Below, in pieces: positions 1-14,027 of a stretch of DNA of 64,000 nucleotides. The DNA is taken from NCBI RefSeq assembly GCF_009914755.1, contig NC_060932.1; one strand, 5' to 3'. Position numbers and translations under genes: made by a program. The stretch is from the human T2T-CHM13v2.0 reference genome, Homo sapiens. The stretch's first letter is position 1; each line of letters starts with the position of its first letter. Below the pieces are notes generated by a model that worked only from the letters and a program-made list of their open reading frames with translations, did not search any database and was not told the origin of the DNA.

Positions 1-2780
1 AGGTACTCTTACCAGTGAGTTTTGTACCTTCAGATGATTTATTATCACTCGTTAACATCCTTTTTCTTTCTGATTAAATAATTCCCTTGTACATTTCTTG
101 CAGGACAGGTCTGGTGTTGATGAAATCCCTCAGCTTTTGTTTCTCTGGGAAAGTCTTTATTTCTCCATTATGTTTAAAGAATATATATATATATTTTTTT
201 TACCAGATATGCTATCCTAAGGCAAAAGTTTTCTTTTTCCAGCACTTTTAAATATGTCATGCCACTCTCTCCTGACCTGTAAGGTTTCTGCTGAAAAGTC
301 TGCTGCCAGACATATTGAATCTCCATTGTATATTATTTGTTCCTTTTCTCTTGCTGCTTTTAGGATCCTTTATCTTCGACCTTTAGGAGTTTGATTATTA
401 AATGCTTTGAGGTAGTTTTCTTTGGGTTAAATCTGCTTGGTGTTCTATAACCTTCTTGTACTTGGATATTGATATCTTTCTCTAGGTTTGGGTAGTTATG
501 TTATTATATTTTTGAAAAAAGCTTTCTACCCCCATCTCTTTATCTACCTCCTCTTTAAGGCCAATAACTCCTAGATTGGTCCCTTTGAGGCTATTTTGTA
601 GATCTTGTAGATATGCTTTATTCTTTTTTATTCTTTTTTTATTTGTCTCCTCTGTGGATTTTCAAATAGCCTTTCTTCAAGCTCACTAATTCTTTCTTCT
701 GCGTGGTCAGTTCTGCTATTAAGAGACTCTGATGCATTCTTCAGTAGGTCAATTGTGTCTTTCAACTGCAGAATTTCTGCTTGATTTTTTAAATAATTTC
801 AATTTACTTTTAAAATTTATCTGATAGAATTTTGAATTCCTTCTCTGTGTTGTCTTGAATGTCTTTGAGTTTCCTCAAAATAGCTATGTTGAATTCTCTG
901 TCTGAAAGGTCACATATCTCTGTTTCTCCAGGATTGGTCCTTGATGTCTTATTTAGTTCATTTGGTGAAGTCAGATTTTCCTGGATGGTCTTGATGCTTG
1001 TGGATGTTCTTTGGTTTCTGGGCATTGAAGAGTTAGGTATTTATTATAGTCTTTGCCATCTAGGCTTATTTGTAGCCATCCTCCTTGGGAAGGTTTTCCA
1101 GAGTATTTGAAAGGACTTAAGTGCTGTGATTTAAGCCATATTTGCATTAGGGGTCACCCCAACCTCAGTAATGGTGTGGTTTTTTGCAGACTCTTAGAGG
1201 TACTGTCTTGGTGGTCTTGGATAATATCCAGAAGAATTCTCTGGATTACCAGGCAGAGACACTTATTTTCTTTCCTTACTTTCTCTCAAACAAATGGAAT
1301 TTCTCTTTCTTTCTGTGCTGACTTTCTGGAGCTGGGGTTGGAGAGACACATTCCTGTGGCCACCACCACTTAGATTGTGCTGGATCAGACCTGAAGTCAG
1401 CATGGCACTGGGTCTCACGCAAGGCTTGCTGAAACCACTACCTGACTACTGACTATGTTCACTCAAGGCCCTGGAGCTCCACGATCAGCAGGTGGCAAAG
1501 CCAACCAGGCTTGTCTCCTCCCCTTTAGGGAGCAAGTTCTCACAGCCCCTGGGCAGGTGCAGAGATGCCATCCTGGAGCCAGGGATTGGAGTCAGAAACC
1601 TTAGAAATACACCTGGTGTTCTGTTCTACTGTGGCTGATCTGGCATTCCAACCACTTGACACAGTCCTTCCTACTCTTACTTTTTTTCCCATAGGCTAAG
1701 GACCCTCACCCTATGGCCTCTGCCACCACAGGCCCACAGGGAGTAATGCCAGGCCACCACTGATGTTGAGTTTAGGCCCAGTGATTCCTTAGTCAGCTTG
1801 TTGTGGGTGTGCAAGGCCTGGGACTCACTCTTCAGGGCAGTGGGCTCCCCTCTGTCCCAGGACAGGTCCAGAAGTGCTATCTAAGAGAAAAGTCCTGGAA
1901 TAAGGGAACCCAAGAGCCCTCTTGGTGCTCTACCCCACTGTGGTAGAGCATGTACCTGAAGTCAGCATGACTAAGTTCTACTCCAGGCCTACAGCATACT
2001 ACCTGGGTATCACTGTTCATTCTTTAGGGCCCAAGGGCTGTTTAGTGAGTAGGTGATTGATCCTTCCCGGATGGGGTCCTTCCATTCAAGGCAGCAGGTT
2101 CCCTTCTGGCCAGGGTGTGTTTAGAAATATCTAGGAACTAGGACCTGGAATGGGGACTTCACCACCCTGATCAGTGCCCTATCTTATTGTGGCTGATCTG
2201 GTATTCAAGATGCAAGACAAAGTCTTCTTTACTCTTCCCTTTTCTCTCAACCAGAAGGACGGGGTCTTTTTGGCGCTGTGCACTCTGCTGCCTGAGGCTG
2301 GGGGAAGGATGGCACAAGTGTTCTCTTAGCTTCCCTGGCTGGTGTCTCTACAGGTCACTTGCCCCTGCAGTCTGGCTTAGAGCCCAGCTCACCACTAGGA
2401 CTTGCCTAGTCATTGCAGTCCTTGTGTCATAGATTGCCCCTCAAGTTCACTTAGGGCCCCAGAGTACTCCAGCCCATGGTGGTGAGGCTTGCTGGAACTC
2501 AAGCTCTGACTGATCAGAAGGATGATTCCCCTCTGGCTAGGGCTGGTTTATATGCCCCCTCTATGGATGGGTGTCAGCTGAGTATAGCCTGATTCTGCTT
2601 TACACTGTGTCAGGGCAACATTGAATTCAATGCAAAGCCTCATAGACACTGTGCTCTCCTCCCTGAGTCACACAGATTCTCCGCACCATGAAGCTGCTGC
2701 TGGGGGATAAGGGATGGTTGCTGTTGACAATTCAAGACATTCTTTCCCACCCTCTTTGGTGCCTCTTTCAGCAACATGAA
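1..2780 (-). mobile_element. Old LINE-1: ORF1 and long 5'UTR, degenerate
   Basis: Minus ORF 810-1025 (..EICDLSDREFNIAILRKLKDIQDNTEKEF) resembles the L1 ORF1p N-terminus; GC-richer 5'UTR-like sequence at ~1100-2780. Confidence 0.8.
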
Positions 2781-4460
2781 GTCATTCAAGAGCAAGTTGT
2801 TTAATTTCCATGTAATTGTGTGGTTTTTGAGATATCTTCTTGGTATTGATTTCTATTTTTATTTCACTGTGGCTTGAGTGTATGGTTGGTATAATTTCAA
2901 TTTTTAAAAGATTTATTTAGACTTGGTTTATGGTTGAGCATGTGGTTGATCTTAGAGTATGTTCTGTGCACGGCTAAGAAAAATGTATATGCTATTGTTG
3001 AAATGTGGAGTACTTTGTAAGTGTGTATTAGTATTAGGTCCAATTGGTCAAGTGTTAAATTACATTCAGAATTTCTTTTTTAGTTTTCTGTCTTGGTGAT
3101 CTGTCTAACACTGTCAGTGGGGTATTAAAGTTCTCCACTATTATTGTGTGACTAAGTGTTTTTGTAGGTTTAGAAGTAGTTAGAATCTAGGTTCTACAGT
3201 GTTCAGTGCATATATATTTGGTACCATTAAGTCTTCTTGTTGAATTGAACTCTTTATCATTATGTGATGTCATTATTTATCTTTTATTACTGTTTTTGGT
3301 CCAAAGTTTGTGTTATCTACTATAAAAATATTGACTTCTGCTCTTTTTTGTTTTCCATTTGCATGATAGATCTTTCTGCAGCCCTTTACTATTAGCCTAC
3401 TGGCTTTGTTACATATAAGATGGATCTCTTGAAGACAGCAGATGGATGGGTTTTGTTTTTTTATTCAACTTGCACTTAGAGTCTCTTACTTATTTCTGCT
3501 TGGATCTATATTATTTCTTTTGTTCCACTAATTTTAGGTTTAGTTTCTTCTTGCCTTTCTAGTTCCTTGAGGTGCATCATTAGGTTGCTAATTTGAAAAT
3601 TTTCTCCTTTTTTGATGTAGGCATTTATTCTTATAAACTACCATCTTAGTATTGCTTTTGCTGTATCTCATAGGTTTTGTTATGCTGTGTTTCTATTTCA
3701 TTTGTTTCAAACAATTTTTTATTTTTATTCTTTATTTCTTCATTGACTATTGATCATTCAGGAGCATGTTGTTTAATTTCTGTGTGCTTGTGTAGTTTTC
3801 TAAGTTCTTGTTATTGATTTCTAGTTTTATTCCCTTATGATCAGAAAAGATACTTCATATGATTTTAATTGTTTTTTGAATTTGTTGAGATCTGTTTTTT
3901 AGCTTAGCATATGGTCTATTCTGAAGAATGTTTCACTTGCTAATGAAAATAATATGTATTCTATAGCTGTTTGAAGAAATGTTGTGTTAGGTCCATTTGG
4001 TCTAGAGTGTGGTTTAACTCTGATGTCTGTGTTGATTTTTTTTTTTTTGGTCTGGGTGATCTTTCCATTACTGAGTGAGGTGTTGAATTGTCCAGGTATT
4101 ATTGTAATTTATTCTTTCTTTCTCTTTATGTCTATTAATGTTTGCTTTATATATTTGGGTTCACCAGTGTTGGGTGCACTGTATTTAGAATTATTATATT
4201 CTCTTGCTAAATGGACTACTTTAGTAGTATATGGGGACCACCTTTGTTTCTTTTTACAGTCTTTGACTTGAAGTCTATTTTATCTAATATAAATATAGCT
4301 ATTCCTGCTCTTTTGTGTTTCCATGTGCATGTAATATATTTTTCCATGCCTTTATTTTCAGTCTATGTGTCTTCATACATGATGTATTTTTATAGGTAGC
4401 ATATAGTGAGGTCTCGCTTTTTATCCATTCTGACATTCTCCATGTCTTTTAAGTAGAGAA
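2781..4460 (-). mobile_element. Two adjacent antisense L1 ORF2 (endonuclease region) fragments
   Basis: The L1 motif tcattca(a/g)gagca..ttgtttaatttc occurs at both ~2782 and ~3753, indicating two separate fragments covering the same part of ORF2. Confidence 0.75.
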
Positions 4461-4686
4461 TATAGTCCAGAGGAAGGTAAGTAGGTTACTAGTTACTCTC
4501 TTGTGACTGGTAGTAAAAGTCCTACATTAGTGTTTTAAATATTTAAAGATGTTAAAACCTGTAACTATCAGCAGCATTCATATCCTTTTCCAAATTCAAA
4601 CAGTAAGCCCATCAAAATATAACTCCTAGTAAAGATTTTACTATTGTCATGATGTATTTTTACTTGTACATTTCACTAATTCATAG

Positions 4687-4779
4687 CAATGTGGACCTGC
4701 AAGCTGTTGTGATTTTCGAACTTGTGTACTGAAAGACGGAGCAAAATGTTATAAAGGACTGTGCTGCAAAGACTGTCAA
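4687..4779 (+). CDS. ADAM32: ADAM32 coding exon, disintegrin domain (QCGPASCCDFRTCVLKDGAKCYKGLCCKDCQ)
   Basis: Acceptor tcatag at 4681-4686, donor gtaaga at 4780; 93 nt, phase 0-0; ADAM disintegrin Cys spacing (CC..C..C..CC..C); in frame with the next exon. Confidence 0.95.
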
Positions 4780-6116
4780 GTAAGATTTAAGCTTATGAAC
4801 ATCTTTCAAATATATAACAAATCATGTGCAGGGTACTTTACAACACAGACCTACAGCTGTAATTACATCAATTAAATTACTTTTCAGATAAAGAGAAAGA
4901 TAATAAATTCAGAATCAGATTTCTGATTTTTATTAACTTTTCTTAGGTGTTCTATATGCCAATATTTTCACTAAGTTGATGCTGTTTTTTTAAGCCTTGA
5001 TTTAGAGATATTATTGGATTCTTCAATACGGAAGACCTCTATTGAATGGAACAATTATTTATTTGCATGATACAATATTTATATTATTGTAAATAAAAAC
5101 GTTTTTATGGGTTGTGAATAAGTATCTATTTATGTGTAATTGAAAGATATAGCAGATTTCCTTAAATGTATAAGGAAGGAAACTCACTAGAAGTAACATT
5201 TTCCACATGGTACATGTAGCATAACATTTAAACTTTGAACTTATTATTCAAAGATCATTTGACTTAAAGATTATGTTTTAGTTTATACAGTGAAGACATT
5301 GGCTCCTGTTTTCTGTTTTTCTTTTCAGCTCTTCTAAAATATTATTAACAGGTTTCTCATAAGAGAATACCTCTGTTGAATTATCCATAATGCAGTCTAC
5401 CTTCATGACTGTCCTGGACTGATGCAGTTTTATGTATTCTTTCCTTAGGATGTTATTATCTGATTGCATTCTTACTTCTGTAATCTTTTTAGTGTCAGCT
5501 GGAAGTCATCAATTAAGAATTATGAGATAGATGTTTTATTTGAGATTCTTTTTGTAAATTTCCACAATTCTATGTATGAAAGAGTCTACGTATTTCCATG
5601 ATTTGAGAGAAAGATTCTAGTTGTGTTCCTTCCTCTCCAAAGACTCTCATAGTTGAACTGCATTTTTAATAACACTTCTGTTTCCCTCTGCAGTTTTTTA
5701 TGTTTCACAGTTGTCATAGAATTTTAAAGTATTCCACACTTAAAAACCATGGCTTGAAAAAGTATATTTCATTTAGAAATGGACTAAATTACATTATTTT
5801 CACCCAAAAGAAATAAATTTCCTAAGCTTAAAGTGAACATTCTTCTCTTACATTGAGACTACAAATAAAACTTTGGCTTTCATCACATCAGATTTTTGTT
5901 TTGCATTTTCTTGTACATATGTCTTATCTCCTATTTTAGTCAATAACATTCCATTTATATTTTTATATTATTAGCATAGTAATTTGTACAAAAAAGTATT
6001 AATATACATTAATGGATAGACTAAAGCGAAAATGATTAACACAATTTTGAAGTAAATATTAACAAACAGTAATCCTATTTGTAATGCTTTATTTTTTATG
6101 TTCTAACTTCTCTTAG

Positions 6117-6315
6117 ATTTTACAATCAGGCGTTGAATGTAGGCCGAAAGCACATCCTGAATGTGACATCGCTGAAAATTGTAATGGAAGCTCACCAGAA
6201 TGTGGTCCTGACATAACTTTAATCAATGGACTTTCATGCAAAAATAATAAGTTTATTTGTTATGACGGAGACTGCCATGATCTCGATGCACGTTGTGAGA
6301 GTGTATTTGGAAAAG
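6117..6315 (+). CDS. ADAM32: ADAM32 coding exon, disintegrin loop and start of Cys-rich domain (ILQSGVECRPKAHPECDIAENCNGSSPECGPDITLINGLSCKNNKFICYDGDCHDLDARCESVFGK)
   Basis: Branch-like ctaac and tcttag acceptor; donor gtaata at 6316; 199 nt, phase 0-1; CR..ECD..E.C.G.S..C disintegrin signature. Confidence 0.95.
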
Positions 6316-6394
6316 GTAATATCTTTTTGTTACATCTCAATAGCCCTTAACATTGTTATTAACATTACCAGGATAATGGGGAATATTTTCATAT

Positions 6395-6530
6395 ATATAA
6401 AATGTGGAATGTTTTATATAGTATAAAATGTGGAATATTGTTTATATATATTTTATTATATATATAAGCAGAATGTTTTATATAGTATAAAATGTGGAAT
6501 ATATATATTTTATTATATGTATAAGCAAAC
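6395..6530. repeat. AT-rich short tandem repeat (tataaaatgtggaat units)
   Basis: tataaaatgtggaat appears three times, with degenerate TA-rich spacers. Confidence 0.75.
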
Positions 6531-6554
6531 ATATACGCGCTAATTCTTCTTGTT

Positions 6555-7832
6555 AATGTTTATATTTTTTCCATCTTTGCTGACGTATAATTGACAAAAA
6601 TTGTATGTATGTTTTTAGGTGTATGATTTTGTTTTGATATATGTATACATTGTGAAATATTTGCCACAGTTAAGTTGATTAACATGTCCATCATCTCATA
6701 TAGTTACCATTTTCTTTTTTATCCTTTAAAAGAATTTTTGTATCTATCCTTTTTGCAGATTTCAAATATATAATAGAATGTCGTTTACTAAAGTCACATT
6801 GTTGTACATTACATCTCTTGAACTTATTTATTTTGCATAACTGAAATTTTGTACCCCTTGACTAGCATTTTGCCATTTCTCCCCTTACCTCAGCCTCTTG
6901 CAACCATCATTCTACTCTCTGCATTTTTGAGTTTGACAATTTTAGATTGTATATATAAGTGAGATCATGCGTTATTTACCTCTCTGTATCTAGCTTATTT
7001 CACTTAGCATAATGGCCTCCAGGTTCATCTGTGTTACTGCAAATGGCAGGATTTTCCTCCTTACTCTGACTGAATAATATTGCATTTTGTGTGTTTGTGT
7101 ATATGTATATATCTATATAAACACAGACATATATATATCATATTTTTAATACATTTATCTGTTTACCTAAGCTAAAAGTGAACTTTCTTCTCTTATACTC
7201 AGAACACAAATAAAACTCTGACTTTCATTCCATCAGATTGTGCTATACTTTTTCAATCAAATAGACACTGGTTGTTTCCAAATCTTGGTTATTATGAATA
7301 ATGTAGCAATAAACATGGGTGTGCACATATCTCTTTTGCAATATTGATTCATTTCCTTTGAATCTATACTCAGTTGGGATTGGTGAATCATAAGGTAGTT
7401 CTACTTTTGATTTCTAAGGATGTTCCATATTGTTTTCCTTAGCAGCTGTACCAACTTATATTCCCACCGATAGTGTATGAGGGTTTCTTTTCTCCACATC
7501 TTCACCAACATTTGTTATCTTTTATCTTTTTGACAATAATCATTCTAACAGATGTGAAGTGGTATCTCATTGTGGTTCTGTGATTAGTGATGAGCATCTT
7601 TTCATATATGTCTTGATGAGTTGTATGTATTCTCTGGAGAAATGTTTATTCAATCTTTTCTCCATTTTTGATTGGGCTTTTTTTTTGCTACTGAGTTTTA
7701 TGAGTTACTGATATATTTTGGAAATGAATTCCTTATTATATATATGATCTGCAAATACTTTATCTTATTTTATAAAAGTTGGCTTTTCACTATGTTGATT
7801 TTTTCCTTTGTTGTGCAAAAGATTTTTAGGAT
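6555..7832 (-). mobile_element. L1M (L1MA/MB-type) 3' end, antisense
   Basis: Characteristic antisense 3'UTR motifs: gcttatttcacttagcataat, gctgtaccaacttatattcccacc, gtggtatctcattgtgg. Confidence 0.8.
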
Positions 7833-7835
7833 GCT

Positions 7836-10065
7836 GGTCTTCATCCCCTCACAAAAAACAAAAAATAGAAAACTATTTATGAAGGATAATAGTCTTGTGA
7901 AGGCTCCAAGGTCCATCTAAGAACCCTCTGGCAGCACGGCAGAGAAAAAAATGGGAAAAACTGTAAAGAAGGATTGCTGATTACAGCAGCATATCTGAGA
8001 TATATGGAGGTGGTTATGAACAAAGAAGGGAGGAAGCTATCAGTATTAGCCACTCAGCATGTGCCATTGTCATCTCCAGTGGCCTCTGCAGAGGACAGAG
8101 GCGTCTTTTATCACTGAGGTAACCAACAGTCATCCCTGCCTCTGGCTCCATGGAAAATGAGATCCAAATGTGCCTTTCCTCCAAGAATCAGCTACTATTT
8201 TATAGCTCTGGGACTTGAGTGACTACCCCTCCCAACCCTGTGCACACCCCTGACCCTGGAGCTGTGGCTCTTGTCTGCACTGTGTGCACTCATACGTCAG
8301 TCTCAGAGACAGTGCAGCTATGTGTGAGTCTTCACACTGAACCTAGGAACTTTTGTTGCTCTACACCCACATGTGCTTGAGACGCTGACTCTCCATCTGC
8401 TCCACAAACACCCACTCTACTTCATACATCATTACTTATGTGGAAGCAGGGCTGTCTTCACCCTAGGCACCAGTGTGACTGCTGCCCTGTACCCTTTGGT
8501 CTCTTCATGTGTGTTTGTGATTCAGACCCTGGCTCTGTGGCTACTGCATGGTCACTGTGCATCAGACATCAGTGAGGGAATGCCCTCAAACCAGACCTTG
8601 TGCCAAATGAAATTGCCCGGGGCCATGACCTCCCTGGTGGGAGAAAAAGAGATTGAGGGCCCCAGGATCTTTCACCATTGAAAACCCAACAGTCTCACTG
8701 CCCCTGCAGATACCACAGCTTTAGCTGCTCAGGACCCCCTGGAATCTTTGTTAATGTTGACCTCAGCTGACAGAAATGCATGGAGGGTACACTGCTCTGT
8801 CTTCACCAAAGCTGGAACCATCCAACTCTACCCTTCTAACAGCCTTTTTCCCACCCATGGAGTAAGATTTTTTTTTTTAAATCAGTGAAAGCATTCTGTA
8901 AAGTTTCAAAATGGTGACTGCTCCATCGAATTTGAAGGTATCAATGCAATACAATAAGAAACATGAAAAACTGGGGAAACTTATCACCATTAAATGACAC
9001 AATAATTTTCTAATAACTGATCCCAGAGAAATAAAGATCTTCAAATTGCCTGAACAAGATTCAAAATAATTGTTCTAAGGATACTCAGCAAACTTCAAAA
9101 GAACACAGAGAAACAACATACATTTTTATAAAAAAAAATCAAATTATTGGGCTGAAGAACACAATGAATAACATTAAAATGCAATAGATAATATCAACAA
9201 CAGAATTCACAAAGCAAAAGAAAGATCTGTGAACTTGCAAACAGATTACTTGTATATATACAACTAGAGGAGAAATAAGAAAAAAGAATGAAAAGGAATG
9301 AAGAAACAAACACTATGGGATTTTGAAACAGCATCAAGAAAGCTAACATTCTCATTATAAGAGGTAAAAAAGGAGAAGAGAGACAAGGACAGAAAGCTTA
9401 TTTAAAATAATAATAACTGAAAACTTCCAAAATCTTAGGAAAGATATAAGTGTGCAGGTACAGGAAGCTCAAAATCCTTCAGTCAGGTTTAATCCAAAGA
9501 AGGTTATACCAAGCTCAAAATTCTTCAGTCAGGTTTAATTTGAACAAGACTACACCAAGACATATTATAATAAAACCGTCAATAAATATAATGACATTTT
9601 GAAAGAAGCAAGAGAAAAAAAAAGATTAAGTAACATAATCCAACATGTAAGTTGGATTTTCTCAGCAGATACTTTGTCAGTGAGGAGAGTGGAATGATAT
9701 CGTGCTGAAAGAAAAAAAAAAAGTCAATCAAGAATACTTTATCTGGCAAAGCTCTTCTTCGGAAATAAAGGAAAGATAAAACTTTCTAAGACAAACAAAA
9801 GCTCAAGGAGTTCATTGCCACTCAATCTATCTTACAACAAATGTCAATAGGAGTTCTTCCATGTAAACAAAAAGACTAATATGTAGTATGGAAATATATA
9901 AAAATATAACGTTCACTGGTAAAAGTAAGTATATAGTCAAATTCAGAATACCAAATACCGAAATGGCGATGTGTCTCTAGTATAAAGGTTAAAAGACAAA
10001 ACTACTGAAATAATTATTACTATAATAATTTGTTAAGGAACATGCAACATAAAAACTTATAAATT
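7836..10065 (+). mobile_element. Old L1 5'UTR and ORF1 remnant, sense
   Basis: A-rich ORF1-like sequence at ~8950-9870 (gatttctcagcaga, caagaatactttatctggcaaagct); contains a 46-bp tandem duplication at 9465-9556. Confidence 0.7.
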
Positions 10066-13000
10066 GAGATGGATCATCATGGCGGATGGGAGGCAGGACT
10101 AGATTACAGCTCCGGAAGGGACAGGGTGTGGTGGCTCACATTGTGAATTTTAGCTCCAAATCAACTGCAAGAACAAACCAACAATCCTGAGAGGACCCAC
10201 AGACCCTCTAAAGGAAGTGGACTGCTCCTGCAGGACCTGGGAGATACCCCAAATACCATGAGTGCCCCAACTGTGGAAGTGGGAAAGGGGGACCCTCCCT
10301 TCCTCCTCTCCTGAACACACACCCCCACTGGAGAAACTGAAGGTCTGTTTGAGGGAGAAGTTTCCGACCTTACCTGGAGCTGAGTCAATTTAGAGAGCTG
10401 GGCAAAATACAGGGGTAGATGAAGCAGGAGAAAGACCGTGGGAGTTCTCTGGGTCCCCAGGCAGACCATTCCTGCCTGGCACCACAGGGATCTATCTGGA
10501 GGACGGCCAGAGGAGCATGGGGTAAAACTTCACAGGGAGAAGGAAACAGACTCGGGGCTGTTAAATTGGGGCACGGTGGGAGTGAGACAGGCCCTTCAGT
10601 TTGCATGGGAGCTGACTGAGGCCTGTGATTGCCAGCTTTCCCCCACTTCCGTGACAACCTGCATGACTCAGCAGAGGCAGCCATAATCCTCCTAGGTACA
10701 CAACTCCAGTGACCTGGGAATCTCACCCCCACCCCACACAGCAGCCACAGCAGGACCCGACTAAGGAGAGTCTGAGCTCAGACATGCCTAGTCCTGCCCC
10801 CACCTGATGGTCTTCCTTACCCATTCTGGTCACTGAAGACAAAGGGCATATGCTCTTGGGAGTTCTAGGGCCCCACCCACCACTGGTCCCTCTCCATACT
10901 ACCACAGCTGATGCTCTCTGGAAAGGACCACCTCCTGGCAGGAGGCCAACCAGCACAAAAATAGGGCATTAAGCCACCAAAGCTAAGAACCCTCATGGAG
11001 TCCATTACGCCCTCCGCTGCCTCCACCAGAACAGTCGCTGGTATCCATGGCTGAGAGACCCCTAGACAGTTCACATTAGAAGACTCTGTGCAGACACCCA
11101 CCAGTACCAGCCTGGAGCTGGGTAGACTCGCTGGATGGCTAGACCCAGAAGAGAGACAACAATCACTGCAGTTCGGCTCATAGGAAGCCACATCCATAGG
11201 AAAAGGGGGAGAGTACTACATCAAGGGAACACCCCATGGGACAAAAGAATCTGAACAAAAGCCTTCAGCCCTAGACCTTCCCTCTGACAGAGGCTACTCA
11301 AATGAGAAGGAACCAGAAAACCAATCCTGGTAATATGACAAAACAAGGCTCTTTAACATCCCCCCAAAATCACACTAGTTCACGAGCAATGGATTAAAAC
11401 CAAGAAGAAACCCTTGATTTACCTGAAAAAGAAATCAGGAGGTTAGCTATTAAGCTAATCAGGGAGGCAATGGAGAAAGGAGAAGCCGAATGCAAGGAAA
11501 TCCAAAAAATGATACAAGAAGTGAAGGGAGAATTATTCAAGGAAATAGGTAGCTTAAAGAAAAAACATAAAAAATTCTGGGAATTTTGGACACACTGTTA
11601 GAAATGCAAAATCCTCTGGAAAGTCTTAGCAATAGAACTGAACAAGTAGAAGAAAGAAATTCAGAGCTCAAAGATATGGTCTTTGAAATAACCTAATCCA
11701 ACAAAGACAAGGGAAAAAGAATAAGAAAATATGAACAAAGCCTCCAAGAAGTCTGGGATTTTGTTAAATGATCAAGCCTAAGAATAATTGGGGCTCCTGA
11801 GTAAGAAGAGAATTCTAAAAGCTTGGAAAACATATTTGGGGGAATAATGGAGGAAAACTTCCCTGGCCTTGCTAGAGACCTAGACATCCAAATACAAGAA
11901 GCACAAGGAACACCTGGGAAATTCATTACAAAAAGATCATTGCCTAGGCACATTGTCATCAGGTTTTCCAAAGTTAAGATGAAGGAAAGAATCTTAAGAG
12001 CTGTGAGACAGAAGTACCAGGTAACCTAAAAAGGAAGACCTATCAGATTATCAGCAGATTTCTCAGCAGAAACCCTACAAGCTAGAAGGGACTGGGGCCC
12101 TATCTTCAGCTTCCTCAGACAAAACAATTATCAGCCAAGAATTTTGTATCCAGTGAAACTAAGCATCATATGTGAAGGAAAGATACAGTCTTTTCAGACA
12201 CACAAATGCTGAGAGAATTCGCCATTACCAAGCCACCACTACAAGAACTGCTAAAAGGAGCTCTAAATCTTGAAGCAGATCCTGGAAACATATCAAAACA
12301 AAAACTCTTTAAAGAATAAATCACACAGGACCTATAAAACAAAAATATAAGTTAAAAAGCAAAAACAAAAAACCCAAAGCACAGAGGCAACAAAGAGGAT
12401 GATGAATTCAATGGTACCTCACATTTCAATACTAACAGTGAATGTAAATGGCCTAAATGCTCCACTTAAAAGATACAGAACTGCAGAATGTATAAAAACT
12501 CATCAATCAACTATTTGCTGCCTTTAGGAGACTCACCTAACACATAAGAACTCATATACACTTAAAGTAAAGGGGTGGAAAAAGGCATTTCATGCAAATG
12601 GACACCAAAAGTGAGCAGGGGTAGCTATTCTTATATCAGACAAAACAAACTTTAAAGCAACAGCATTTAAAAGAGACAAAGAGGGACATTATATAATGGT
12701 AAAAGGCCTTGTCCAAGAGGAAAATATCACAATCCTAAACATATATGCACCTATCACTGGAGTTCCCAAATTTATAAAACAATTACTAATAGATCTAAGA
12801 AATGAGATAGACAACAACATAATAATAGTGGGGGACTTCAAGACTCCACTCACAGCACCAGACAGTCATCGAGACAGAAAGTCAACAAGCAATGGATTTA
12901 AACTATACCTTGGAACAAATGGACTTAACAGATATATACAGAACATTTCATCCAACAGCTGCAGAATATACATTCTATTTAACAATGCATGGAACTCACT

Positions 13001-13090
13001 CCAGGATAGACCCAAAGATAAGCCATAAAACGAGCCTCAATAAATTTAATAAAATTGAAATTATGTCAAGCACTCTCTCAGACCACATTT
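10066..13090 (+). mobile_element. L1PB-like LINE-1: 5'UTR, ORF1 and ORF2 endonuclease, 3'-truncated
   Basis: ORF1p fragment (ENFPGLARDLDIQIQEAQ..PRHIVIR) and ORF2p EN fragments (ITILNIYAP, IIVGDF, DLTDIYRTFHP); ends abruptly at ctctcagaccaca. Confidence 0.9.
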
Positions 13091-13164
13091 ATCTCAGACA
13101 CCCACATTTATTGCCCTGGTGCCATCCATGCACACCTATCTATGACATGCATCCACTATTTTAA

Positions 13165-13224
13165 TGCACGTCAAAGCATTTGATAATAGGCTACTGCACA
13201 TCAAAGCATTCGATAATAGGGTAC
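13165..13224. repeat. 30-bp tandem duplication
   Basis: tgcacgtcaaagcatttgataataggctac / tgcacatcaaagcattcgataatagggtac (27/30). Confidence 0.9.
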
Positions 13225-14027
13225 TGGGGATCTAATTACACCATTTGGACTGTGGAAGAGCAAATTCTATTGCTTACTAAACTTAGTCAATATACTGGAT
13301 TATAGGGAATATTTAACATATGACTTCACATTTGCAAAGTGCTGCCCTTTTTATTAGTATTTTCATTTCACTTTTGAAAACCAAGACAAGTCTGAGAGAA
13401 AGTGATCATCTAATACTAATGGGAGAGAGCGTTTAAGGGAGAAATTAATGAGAGGGGGTTATTGGTAACTTTAGATGCCACACGTAGACTAATAAAATTG
13501 AGTTGGTTGGCGACTATACTTTCAGCAGAATTCATCTGACTGCTTTGTGACCAAACATATTCTTTACATTATCTTTCTAAACTAAACTGAATTTTCAAAT
13601 TCCTTTCTCCGGATAATCTCTCAGTGTTTAACAAGCCCTGCATTGGCATTCCTAACCTGGTATCTCACATTCACTATTGAACTGGTTAAACATTGTGAAT
13701 ACTCTGAACTAGCATTGCCTATCCTCATGGAATCTATACAATCTCCTGTGATGGGCCAATATCAAAGATGGTGGAAAGGGATAAGATGAGGGGAAAGCAA
13801 AAAACCAAAAAAGAACAGCAGAAAGAAAAAAATGTGTATCATAGAAGGTGCAGGTAAACAGGAGAAACTTTCTTGATCTTGAAAGAGAATGGAGAGGGAT
13901 TAGATGGGAATTAAGAGTGACTAAATAGCCATAATATTAATTCTCATAACAATTCATTGACATATATATTATTATCTACTTTTGTCAATAAAGCAGATTT
14001 AGAGAGGTTCATTTTGGAGAAGGTAAC

